A stretch of 32,000 bases of DNA, from the NCBI RefSeq assembly GCF_009831105.1, contig NZ_WUUQ01000001.1:30001-62000 (forward strand), read 5' to 3'. Below are positions 17,352-25,534 of the stretch, one piece after another (the first letter of the stretch is position 1; every line of letters starts with the position of its first letter). Position numbers and translations under genes: made by a program. Source of the DNA: Copranaerobaculum intestinale (GTDB lineage: Bacteria; Bacillota_I; Bacilli_A; Erysipelotrichales; Erysipelotrichaceae). The notes under the pieces were generated by a model, which was not told the origin of the DNA, did not search any database, and worked only from the letters and a program-made list of their open reading frames with translations.

Positions 17352-18020
17352 CTGATAACCATGATGGAAATTTGCTTTCAGCTGTTCATAAAAATGCTCG
17401 TGATCATTCAGAGTACTGAATGTGATGACCATCATATATTTTCCGTATTTTTTACAAAACTGTCGATTATGAACAATTTCTTCCCCCTGCTTCAAATCGG
17501 ATGTGATGACCAAGTAAGTTTCACCCGCCAACTCCTCCTGATGTGTTCCCTGAATGACCGCCCCCTGCCTTGTCAGTAAATCCCGGGCCGATTCCGCATA
17601 CTGCTCAACCGTAAATTCCTGATAGTTATTCACAGTGGACAGGTTTTCCAATACAATATTCACACCGCTGCCGCCATCGCTTTGCTTAACGACCATATCC
17701 ATAATAACACGCTGTTTCAGTATCTCTTTACTCAGCTCTGAACCATTACTGACATCTTCAAGAGTAAGGTTCATCATTTCTGCTAATTGTTCATCATTCG
17801 CATGGATAAACCCCTCCGGAAGTTGAAAGGACAGGTTTAAAAATTCATTGGTATAAACGAAATCCACCCATTTACCGCGAATGAAATCATCCTCTTTTGC
17901 TTTTTTTTCTTGCTTCTCTGCAGCTTTAGGTTTTTCTGCTTTTTGCTCATCTTCTTTTCCGCATCCTGTCATCGCAAACAGAAAGGCAGTGGCTGTAAGT
18001 GCCAGGATTATCTTTTTCAT
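17343..18020 (-). CDS. Hypothetical lipoprotein
   Basis: 225 aa. Signal peptide plus lipobox (MKKIILALTATAFLFAMTGCGKEDEQ), a Lys/Glu-rich linker, then a globular domain I cannot assign to a family. Confidence 0.78.
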   Translation of the reverse strand: MKKIILALTATAFLFAMTGCGKEDEQKAEKPKAAEKQEKKAKEDDFIRGKWVDFVYTNEFLNLSFQLPEGFIHANDEQLAEMMNLTLEDVSNGSELSKEILKQRVIMDMVVKQSDGGSGVNIVLENLSTVNNYQEFTVEQYAESARDLLTRQGAVIQGTHQEELAGETYLVITSDLKQGEEIVHNRQFCKKYGKYMMVITFSTLNDHEHFYEQLKANFHHGYQEV

Positions 18021-18034
18021 TGGTCTACCCCTTA

Positions 18035-18062
18035 TTTTGAAAATACAGCGTTTCCGCTGTAT
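18035..18062 (-). terminator. Weak hairpin/terminator after glgA
   Basis: Minus strand: ATACAGCG-GAAA-CGCTGTAT followed by TTTTCAAAA. The U-tail is only 4 nt, so read-through into the lipoprotein gene is plausible. Confidence 0.45.
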
Positions 18063-19501
18063 TATTGTTTGCTTACCTCTTGATACAGCCGCATGTAATG
18101 ATTAGCGCTGTGTTCCCAGCTAACATCTGTATTCATCGCATTTTGTACCAGCTTTCGCCAATCGTCTTTTTTGTCATAATACAAATGAATTGCATATTCC
18201 AGCACTGTCATCATTTCATCACTGTTGTAATTGGTGAAGCTGAAGCCGTTTCCGGTCTTTTCAAATTCATTAAAAGGCTGTACGGTATCCTTCAATCCGC
18301 CGGTTTCACGAACCAGCGGAAGGGCACCATAGCGCATTGATATCAGCTGTGAGATACCACATGGCTCAAACAGCGAAGGCATCAAAAACAAGTCGCTCGC
18401 CGCATAAACGCGATGTGCCAATTCTTCGTTGTAACCGCGGTAGAATGCAATCTTACCCCGGTTTCCCGCTTCCAGCTGATACATTTTTTCTTCCAATGCC
18501 GCCTCACCGCTGCCTAATATCATTATCTGAATCGGCTCCGCGCATAAGCGGCTAAGCTGTTCGATCACCAAATAGAAACCCTTCTGCCACGTCAGACGGG
18601 AAACAACTCCCACCATCATGACATCCTTGTTCTCCTGTAAACCCATATCCTTCTGTAAAGCCAGCTTATTTTCTGACTTACCTCGCTTTACATTTACTTT
18701 ATTAAAATGATAAGGCAGACATGGATCTGTTTTCGGATTCCATTCCTCCAAATCGATACCATTGGTGATGCCCCATAGATCATATTCCCGCAGCCGCAGC
18801 ACCAGATCCAGATGCTCCCCATACTGCGGAGTCAAAATCTCCTGTGCATAGCTCGGAGAAACTGTTGTCACTTTATCCGCATATAGAATACCGGATTTCA
18901 TAAAGCTGATTCCTCCATCAAAGCGTACATTTCCGTTGTCGTATACCGACCACGGAAGTCCCAGACAGCTGTCCAGCATTTCCGGACCGAAATTTCCTTG
19001 ATAAGCCAGATTATGAATCGTATAAACATGGCGAATATGGGCATAACGGTCATCATAATGATGCGTCTCTTTGATCATTGCCGGAATCATACCGGTATGC
19101 CAATCATGGCAATGCAGAATATCAGGAAAGTAATCAAGCTGATTCATCATTTCGATTACTGCCTTCTGAAAATACGCAAAACGTTCACCGTCATCCATAT
19201 ATCCATACAGTGCATCTCGCTCGAAATAGCCCTGATGTTCGACGAAATAATACGTAACGCTCTTTACCTGCTGATACCATACGGATACCGGTATCTCGCG
19301 ATAATTGATCGAAACACTGTATTGTGCTGCCAGATTAAAGTCCTGATGATAATTGCAGGCTATTTTACGATACAGGGGAAGAACGACCCGTACATCATTC
19401 CCCTTGGCTGCCAGCTCCTGCGGCAGTGATCCTATAACATCAGCCAAACCGCCGCTCTTAACAAACGGCAGGCCCTCAGCGGCTACGTGCAGAATCCGCA
19501 T
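18062..19501 (-). CDS. glgA: Glycogen synthase (ADP-glucose type)
   Basis: 479 aa. N-terminal K-X-G-G-L motif (AAEGLPFVKSGGLADVIGSLP). GT5-like C-terminus (PSLFEPCGISQL). Confidence 0.95.
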   Translation of the reverse strand: MRILHVAAEGLPFVKSGGLADVIGSLPQELAAKGNDVRVVLPLYRKIACNYHQDFNLAAQYSVSINYREIPVSVWYQQVKSVTYYFVEHQGYFERDALYGYMDDGERFAYFQKAVIEMMNQLDYFPDILHCHDWHTGMIPAMIKETHHYDDRYAHIRHVYTIHNLAYQGNFGPEMLDSCLGLPWSVYDNGNVRFDGGISFMKSGILYADKVTTVSPSYAQEILTPQYGEHLDLVLRLREYDLWGITNGIDLEEWNPKTDPCLPYHFNKVNVKRGKSENKLALQKDMGLQENKDVMMVGVVSRLTWQKGFYLVIEQLSRLCAEPIQIMILGSGEAALEEKMYQLEAGNRGKIAFYRGYNEELAHRVYAASDLFLMPSLFEPCGISQLISMRYGALPLVRETGGLKDTVQPFNEFEKTGNGFSFTNYNSDEMMTVLEYAIHLYYDKKDDWRKLVQNAMNTDVSWEHSANHYMRLYQEVSKQ

Positions 19502-20622
19502 CAGATACGATCCCCACGCTTTACATATGCAGGATGTTCAGCATCTGCGATAAGCTCTTTCACACGGGTAATTTTCGCTTTCTTATCGACAACCGCACCC
19601 TCGATATGCACATCCTCGCCAATCATAACCCCGGGCAGAACAACGGAATCCTTGACTACACAACCCTTTTTCAGGGTACAGCCACGGCCGATAACGGAAT
19701 TTTCAACCGTTCCTTCAATCAGACAGCCATTTGACACAACACTGTGATGCACATCGCTGCATGCATAGTATTGGGTCGGTGCGGAATCATTGGTCCGAGT
19801 ATAGATCGGCCATTCATCATCAAACAGCGTCATTGCCTTATTGATGTTGATCAGCTCCATATTGGCATGATAATAGCTCTTAAAATCATTGATGGCGACA
19901 AAATAACCCCGGTGGGCAACTCCTCGTACATCCAATTCGCTGCATTCATCATTCAGCATATCGCGGAAGCTGTACAGTGAAGAAATATTCGCCGCTTTAT
20001 TCACCAGACTGATAAACAATTCCTTGCTTAACACATAGGTCTCCAATGAAATATTTCGGGTCTTGTAATTGCCGCGATTACGCTCAATACTCAAAACCCC
20101 TTTCTGCTTATTCAGATTCAGTACATCACAGTTAATAAATTCATTGCGTGCATCCTCCACGCTCTGATATACCATGGTAATGTCCGCACCGCTTTCAATA
20201 TGCTTATTCAGCAGACTGCTGTAGTCCATCGCATAGATCATATAGCTCGGCGCAATAATTACATATGGGTAATTGACCTCTTCAATCGCTGACATATTGG
20301 CACGGTACGCTGCTACATCGTGATTATAGAAACTGGAATCAGACAGATTCTCACCATAGAGGATATGCAGCTTTCCTCGTTTTGAATTCAGATTATAGTG
20401 ACGGCCGGTTCCCAAATGTTCGATAAGCGAACGCGGTTTGCTTTTCACATAGACCTGAATGTGATTGACACCTGAATTTGTCATATTGGAAATTGGAAAA
20501 TCGATGATGCGGTAACGCCCGAGAAATGAAAACGCTCCTACCGGACGATAGTCCTGCACACCTTCTACATTCACGTTGGATCCTTCGGAATTGATAATAC
20601 CAAATGCATTACACATACTCAT
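19501..20622 (-). CDS. glgD: Glucose-1-phosphate adenylyltransferase regulatory-type subunit GlgD
   Basis: 373 aa, homologous in layout to GlgC (RIIDFPISN, left-handed beta-helix C-terminus). It lacks the GGxGxRL nucleotide-binding motif. Positioned between glgC and glgA. An alternative start is the ATG at 20616, which has better spacing from AGGTGG. Confidence 0.88.
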   Translation of the reverse strand: MSMCNAFGIINSEGSNVNVEGVQDYRPVGAFSFLGRYRIIDFPISNMTNSGVNHIQVYVKSKPRSLIEHLGTGRHYNLNSKRGKLHILYGENLSDSSFYNHDVAAYRANMSAIEEVNYPYVIIAPSYMIYAMDYSSLLNKHIESGADITMVYQSVEDARNEFINCDVLNLNKQKGVLSIERNRGNYKTRNISLETYVLSKELFISLVNKAANISSLYSFRDMLNDECSELDVRGVAHRGYFVAINDFKSYYHANMELININKAMTLFDDEWPIYTRTNDSAPTQYYACSDVHHSVVSNGCLIEGTVENSVIGRGCTLKKGCVVKDSVVLPGVMIGEDVHIEGAVVDKKAKITRVKELIADAEHPAYVKRGDRI

Positions 20623-20626
20623 CCAC

Positions 20627-21757
20627 CTACCTTACGTTTTTAGCGACCAGCTCAATCTCATCGCTGTTTGGATCGCCTACGACCGCATTCGGGGCAATTT
20701 TCACGCCTTCGGCAACAATCACGCGATTCAGTACGGCTCCGGCTCCGATGACCGCCTCCGGCATGATTACAGAATCATTCACCTTAGCATCCTGATTAAT
20801 TTTCACATTGGTAAACAAAACGGAATTTGTCACCTCGCCATCGATCACACAGCCCTGATTTACATAGGATCGGATAATTTTACCATGTTCACCGACAAAG
20901 TGCGGCATCGCACATACATCTTCCGTATAAATTTTCCAGTTCGGATCACTTAGATCCAATTCATTATTCTTATCCAGCAGATCCATATTCGCTTCCCAGA
21001 GTGAATCGATCGTACCTACGTCCTTCCAATAGCCCTTGTACTTCCAGGCATACAGCTTCTTGTTATCCTCCAGCATGGTAGGGATGATATCCTTGCCGAA
21101 GTCATGGTTGGAATTTGGATTATCCATATCTGCGATCAGCATCTTTCTCAGCAGCTTCCAGTCAAAGATATAAATTCCCATAGAAGCCAAATTGCTCTTT
21201 GGTTTTTCCGGTTTTTCCTCAAATTCAATGATACGGTCTGTCTCATCCGTATTCATAATACCGAATCGGCTGGCCTCCTTCATGGGAACCCCTAGCACGG
21301 CAATCGTTGCATCTGCGCCGCATGCCTTATGATGTGCCAGCATTTTGGAATAATCCATTTTGTAAATATGATCACCTGATAAAATTAATACATAATCCGG
21401 ATCATGGCTATCGATAAAATCGATATTCTGCGAAATCGCATCAGCAGTACCGCGGTAAATATTGAAGTCCGTATCTTCTTTTTCGCGCGGCGGTAATACA
21501 AAGACACCGCTGTTTTTCGCGTCCAGTCCCCATCGTGAACCGCCGGCAACATACGAATTCAGCAGCACCGATTCATACTGGGTTAAAACCCCTACAACAT
21601 TAATGCCAGAATTTGCGCAATTACTCAGTGGAAAATCGATAATACGATATTTACCACCATAGAATACCGCAGGTTTGGCAACCTTTTTGGTCAGAGCCTC
21701 CAGACGAGTACCCCGGCCGCCAGCCAGAATCATGGCCAGCATGTTCTCCTGTTTCAT
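20627..21757 (-). CDS. glgC: Glucose-1-phosphate adenylyltransferase
   Basis: [36 protein letters not shown], and hexapeptide repeats at the C-terminus. The ATG at 21757 (MKQENM...) is preferred over the TTG at 21763. Confidence 0.95.
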   Translation of the reverse strand: MKQENMLAMILAGGRGTRLEALTKKVAKPAVFYGGKYRIIDFPLSNCANSGINVVGVLTQYESVLLNSYVAGGSRWGLDAKNSGVFVLPPREKEDTDFNIYRGTADAISQNIDFIDSHDPDYVLILSGDHIYKMDYSKMLAHHKACGADATIAVLGVPMKEASRFGIMNTDETDRIIEFEEKPEKPKSNLASMGIYIFDWKLLRKMLIADMDNPNSNHDFGKDIIPTMLEDNKKLYAWKYKGYWKDVGTIDSLWEANMDLLDKNNELDLSDPNWKIYTEDVCAMPHFVGEHGKIIRSYVNQGCVIDGEVTNSVLFTNVKINQDAKVNDSVIMPEAVIGAGAVLNRVIVAEGVKIAPNAVVGDPNSDEIELVAKNVR

Positions 21758-21850
21758 AAGCAAAACCCCCTGCTTTTTATAATTTGATTATACTCAATTC
21801 AAGAATGAAATACCACTGTTTTGGATATAAAAGTATTATTTATGTATGCG

Positions 21851-21870
21851 TTTACAGAAATTTCTGTAAA
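21851..21870 (-). promoter_or_regulatory. 20-bp perfect palindrome upstream of glgC (candidate operator)
   Basis: TTTACAGAAATTTCTGTAAA is its own reverse complement. It lies about 94 nt upstream of the glgC ATG and 78 nt downstream of the preceding gene's stop. Confidence 0.5.
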
Positions 21871-21947
21871 TTTCGACATTTCTTAGCAAAACAGCATGTT
21901 TTCAGAAAAAGTCAAGAGATTTTTTTAATTTCCTTTCGTCGGTTGAA

Positions 21948-23201
21948 TTACCGGCAGCTGCTTTCAATATGATCCATCAATTTTGCCCATGATTGCTGCG
22001 TCTCTATAAATTTTTGATAATGCTTGGCAGCATTTTTACTGTATTTACGAAACTCTGGCAATAAATTGTAGAAATTATCATCCTGAAAGCAAGCGCATAT
22101 TTTCGGCAGCACCAATTCCAGTATGTGTTGTATTTCCAGTATTTTTTTATCATACCCGCATGCATCCGTAATATAAAGAAGCAGCGGTTTATAGCGTACC
22201 CATCCGATACAGGCTTGATAAAATCGGGTTATGATCGCCGAGGATTCTGCGGTTATGGAATTCAAACGAATCGGCAAAACGCCGTCCAGCAGATGACGAT
22301 ATGCAGAAAAGCCATCGTGAAAGGTATAGCAGGGAACTCTCACCACCGAGCGATCCGTCAACAGAGTACTTAAAAAGGTATCCTCACCACGAGCGCCAGG
22401 AGGGTTATAAAACGGAAACAACCGTTTTGGTTTGGTAAGATTCAGACAAAGATTTGAACCGGTTATGAATTTACAAGAATGCATCTGCGGTACATCCTGC
22501 GGTTTTAAATCAGTTAAGATCTTCGTATCGGCATATGTAACACCTCCGTTTTTCATAATCGTCCGAATCGACTCCCATGTAATAACATCATTGCTGATAG
22601 CTTCGATAAACTGACGGAAATCCGTCTGCGATAATGTATTATCAAATGAAATTTGAGGGATCGGTGATATATATCCGCAGTGATATCCGTTTGTGATATC
22701 GGCGTGGACAATACTTTTCAAATGCATCGGGATTACATACTGACCGCTCCACAGACAGCTTTCCTTGCTGTTCGTCACCGCTACCGGATATTCATCATCA
22801 TCCAGAAATAACAAATAATCCATTTGATTCTTTAACGCTGCATATACAATAGCGTTGCGCTTGCCTGCATAGCCGGAAGAAAAAATCAGTTTCATATCTT
22901 CTTCCTGTAAATTATCATCATGTATAATGTCCATAGCTGTATGTTTTGCACGTTTTTCATCAATAAAAATAATATCTTCAAAGGAGTCGACGATTTCCTG
23001 ACTCAAATTCGTGAAATCTGTGGACTGCGCGTTTGAATAAGACAGATCATAAGCAACAAACAGAAACAGCTCGATCTTAGCTGACGGTTGTTCCTTTTTG
23101 ATAAATTCATTCCAGCTGTATATATACGCTGACATCACTTTCCGAAAAGCTTTTCGTCCCGTCGCAAACCCGATACCCAAACGAATTGTTTCTTGATTCA
23201 T
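21948..23201 (-). CDS. Hypothetical protein, possibly a GT-A-fold glycosyltransferase
   Basis: About 417 aa with no signal peptide or TM segment. It has a DXD-like acidic motif in a hydrophobic context (MDYLLFLDDDEYPV). A downstream PPGARGEDTFLS resembles the (G/x)ED..L motif of GT2-like enzymes. The ATG at 23201 with AAGGAG upstream is preferred over the GTG at 23207. The family assignment is tentative. Confidence 0.6.
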   Translation of the reverse strand: MNQETIRLGIGFATGRKAFRKVMSAYIYSWNEFIKKEQPSAKIELFLFVAYDLSYSNAQSTDFTNLSQEIVDSFEDIIFIDEKRAKHTAMDIIHDDNLQEEDMKLIFSSGYAGKRNAIVYAALKNQMDYLLFLDDDEYPVAVTNSKESCLWSGQYVIPMHLKSIVHADITNGYHCGYISPIPQISFDNTLSQTDFRQFIEAISNDVITWESIRTIMKNGGVTYADTKILTDLKPQDVPQMHSCKFITGSNLCLNLTKPKRLFPFYNPPGARGEDTFLSTLLTDRSVVRVPCYTFHDGFSAYRHLLDGVLPIRLNSITAESSAIITRFYQACIGWVRYKPLLLYITDACGYDKKILEIQHILELVLPKICACFQDDNFYNLLPEFRKYSKNAAKHYQKFIETQQSWAKLMDHIESSCR

Positions 23202-23244
23202 ATTCACTCCTTCTTTCCTGATTCAAAACACTTGTATCAATTTC

Positions 23245-23253
23245 AGTATAACA
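23245..23253 (-). promoter_or_regulatory. Extended -10 element (TGTTATACT) for the GT-A-like gene
   Basis: Minus strand: TGT-TATACT, about 40 nt upstream of the ATG. The -35 is poor. Confidence 0.45.
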
Positions 23254-23278
23254 CTTCTTCATTAGCTTGTACGTTGGT

Positions 23279-23353
23279 CCTTTGTAAGCACCTAAAGCAA
23301 GTCACGCATTCTCATCATATTTCAATGAAAATACTGAAAGCCGCTTACAAAGG
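23279..23353 (-). repeat. 11-bp perfect inverted repeat separated by 53 nt
   Basis: cctttgtaagc (23279-23289) and gcttacaaagg (23343-23353). Confidence 0.6.
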
Positions 23354-23478
23354 TAAAAAATGTGATGCGTACAAATTTCAGCACTTTAAAAGTATCAGCC
23401 AATTCATGATGCAGATAAAATACCCAAGCTTTTTAAATAAAACATTTCATCGCGTGCGATGTGAATAAGCGGTCTGCT

Positions 23479-23515
23479 AAAAAAGGAAAACCGCTATATC
23501 ATAAGATATAACGGC
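23479..23515 (-). terminator. Rho-independent terminator after pta
   Basis: Minus strand: CCGTTATATC-TTAT-GATATAGCGG (one G.U pair) followed by TTTTCCTTTTTT. Confidence 0.75.
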
Positions 23516-23526
23516 CTATTAATAAT

Positions 23527-24492
23527 TTACATGGTTGTAGCGATCGCTGTTACAATCGCCATCTGATAGATTTCATCTGAAGTGCAGCCGCGTGATAAGT
23601 CATTGATCGGTGCATTCAAGCCCTGCAGAATTGGTCCGATCGCCTCATAGCCGCCCAGCCGCTGAGTAATTTTATAACCGATATTTCCTGCATCGATATT
23701 CGGGAAAATAAAGGTGTTCGCTTTACCGCCGATCGGTGACTGCGGCGCCTTCAGCTTACTTACCGTATCGGACACCGCCGCGTCAAACTGAAATTCTCCG
23801 TCAAAGGTGAAGTCCACCTTCATATTCTTCAGCCGCTCGGCAGCCTTTCGCATCTTATCTACACTTGGCCCTTTTCCACTTCCCAGCGTTGAATAAGACA
23901 ACAGAGCCATAATCGGCTCAATGCCGAAGAAACGTGCCGTCCGTGCCGTTTCCAAAGCAATTTCCACGATATCATCCTCACTGGGATCAATATTAATGGA
24001 ACAGTCTCCCATCACCAGCCGTTCATCACCATTTACCATGATGAAGCAGCTGGAAACAATATTATTATTAGGCTTGGTTTTGATCAGCTGCAGCGCCGGC
24101 CGCACCGTGTCCGCAGTGGAATAGGTCGCTCCGCCCAGCAGTCCTTCTGCATAGCCCATCTTTACATACATCGTTCCAAAGTAATTGGTGTGCTCCAGCA
24201 TATTTTTTGCCGTTGGGGCATCGACTTTACCGCGTCGAAGCTCTACCATCAGATCAATCATTTCATCCAGCTTCTCAAATGTCAGGGGATTAACCAGTTT
24301 TACCCCTTCGATATCAAAGCCGTATTCTCTTGCCGCGTTTATGATCTCATCGGGATTACCCAGTAAAATCGGCTGCAGAATTCCTTCCTTCTGCAGTTTG
24401 CTGGCTGCTTCCAGCACCCGCGGTTCCGATCCTTCGGGAAGAACAATCCGTACATTCTTTCCTTTGATCTTGCCAATTAATGTGTCCAGCAT
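23527..24492 (-). CDS. pta: Phosphate acetyltransferase (short, PTA_PTB-domain-only form)
   Basis: 321 aa. IVLPEGSEPRVLEAA at the N-terminus, ...STADTVRPALQLIKT..., ...PILQGLNAPINDLSRGC... Confidence 0.92.
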   Translation of the reverse strand: MLDTLIGKIKGKNVRIVLPEGSEPRVLEAASKLQKEGILQPILLGNPDEIINAAREYGFDIEGVKLVNPLTFEKLDEMIDLMVELRRGKVDAPTAKNMLEHTNYFGTMYVKMGYAEGLLGGATYSTADTVRPALQLIKTKPNNNIVSSCFIMVNGDERLVMGDCSINIDPSEDDIVEIALETARTARFFGIEPIMALLSYSTLGSGKGPSVDKMRKAAERLKNMKVDFTFDGEFQFDAAVSDTVSKLKAPQSPIGGKANTFIFPNIDAGNIGYKITQRLGGYEAIGPILQGLNAPINDLSRGCTSDEIYQMAIVTAIATTM

Positions 24493-24544
24493 TCCTTATT
24501 TCCTCACTTTCATACTTGTTTATTATACACCCGTTCCAAGCAAT

Positions 24545-24576
24545 AAAAAAGGGGACTTTCCTAGAAAATCCCCTTT
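24545..24576 (-). terminator. Rho-independent terminator after the ECF S-component gene
   Basis: Minus strand: GGGGATTTTC-TAG-GAAAGTCCCC followed by TTTTTTATT. A TATAAT (24527-24522) for pta follows. Confidence 0.8.
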
Positions 24577-24579
24577 AAA

Positions 24580-25401
24580 TTACGCCCCTTTTAAATTTTG
24601 ATGATTCAAACGCATCATCAGCTTCAAAAGCGGGAAGCCGACCACTACATTCAATGGAATCGTGATGCAGGCTTTTAAGACTCGTATAAATAAAGAAAGC
24701 ACCCACGGAATGCCATACATGCTCTGCAGCCAGATCGGTGTCAGCATAAACTGTATACTGATTTCAATCATGACAACACTAAGGATCCACACCGCAAATA
24801 AATGAGCGTGTTCCGTATGCATCCGCTGTTTCAAAACGTAGAGAATCGTCAGCATAAAGATCATGATCACGATAATCAGCACGATTATACCAAGCTTCAG
24901 AGGAGTACTCATCACAATCGTCTGTTTCTCAATCACAACCTGTGACAGAGCGGAGATATATCCGATTGCCAAAACACTGACAGCGGCCAGTACAGTACAT
25001 ACCAATCGCATGACCGTTTTTTCCCGCAGCTTCTGCTGATGCTGATACCAGAGTGCCGGGATCACACAGACTAGGATATTGTTTAATGTGAAGCCGAGAA
25101 ATGGAAATCCGCTCGGTACTAAAATCACTCCGACAATATCAAACACCAGTCCGGTCAAAAAGGCCCAAGACGGTGACATGAGAATTCCCACCATCATCAT
25201 GACTGGCTGGGCAAATCCGATTTTCACCGCCGGAAATCCCAGTACCGGTACCATGACTGACAAAAATGAAAGAATCGTTCCGATAATGATCATAAAAGAG
25301 GATGTTACAAGCTCCTGAACCCGAAAATGGATCGGATATTTTTTAAAGACATAGATACCAAGGGCAGCGATTACTGCGCCTGCGATTAACTGTTCTATCA
25401 T
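24580..25401 (-). CDS. ECF-transporter substrate-specific (S) component, folate-family-like
   Basis: 273-aa polytopic membrane protein. The segment LTGLVFDIVGVILVPSGFPFLGFTLNNIL resembles the D-x-x-G-...-FFPGFTL region I recall from FolT-type S components. The gene follows folC. The specificity assignment is tentative. Confidence 0.65.
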   Translation of the reverse strand: MIEQLIAGAVIAALGIYVFKKYPIHFRVQELVTSSFMIIIGTILSFLSVMVPVLGFPAVKIGFAQPVMMMVGILMSPSWAFLTGLVFDIVGVILVPSGFPFLGFTLNNILVCVIPALWYQHQQKLREKTVMRLVCTVLAAVSVLAIGYISALSQVVIEKQTIVMSTPLKLGIIVLIIVIMIFMLTILYVLKQRMHTEHAHLFAVWILSVVMIEISIQFMLTPIWLQSMYGIPWVLSLFIRVLKACITIPLNVVVGFPLLKLMMRLNHQNLKGA

Positions 25402-25534
25402 ACTGTTTCATTGCTACTCAAGTCCTCGGACTGAGAGATTCCTGCTTCTCCGTACTTCACGTACTCCACAGGCGTTAATTCCGGGATGACTCCCGTACAT
25501 GCTTGACATGTGCTAACGATACTCGCTGAGTAGG
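25402..25534 (-). promoter_or_regulatory. Candidate structured cis-regulatory RNA between folC and the S-component gene (class unassigned)
   Basis: The spacer is visibly more G+C-rich than the other intergenic regions. It holds several hairpins: ACATG-N5-CATGT (25497-25511), CGGGA-N4-TCCCG (25482-25495), GTAC-N5-GTAC (25452-25464) and CTCAGTCC-GA-GGACTTGAG on the minus strand (25417-25435). There is also a long-range 7-bp pairing of CTACTCA (25414-25420) with TGAGTAG (25527-25533). That pairing competes with the last hairpin. Confidence 0.35.

Noticed and set aside
21897-21911. CodY-box-like sequence CTTTTTCTGAAAACA (minus strand) upstream of glgC
   Set aside because: It matches only about 11 of 15 positions of AATTTTCWGAAAATT, in AT-rich DNA where such matches arise by chance. 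No second site was seen.
23193-23468. 91-aa plus-strand ORF in the pta / GT-like intergenic region
   Set aside because: It has no ribosome-binding site and starts inside the opposite-strand gene. The composition is His/Lys/Phe-rich and low in complexity. It probably arises by chance in AT-rich spacer.
25402-25534. Calling this spacer a THF-I riboswitch outright
   Set aside because: The context (folC, folate-type S component) fits. However, the conserved THF-I blocks I remember (5' GAGUAG, GCGUUAA junction, GGGAUG loop pairing with CAUCC) do not occur in the right order on the transcribed strand. It is reported only as an unassigned structured element.
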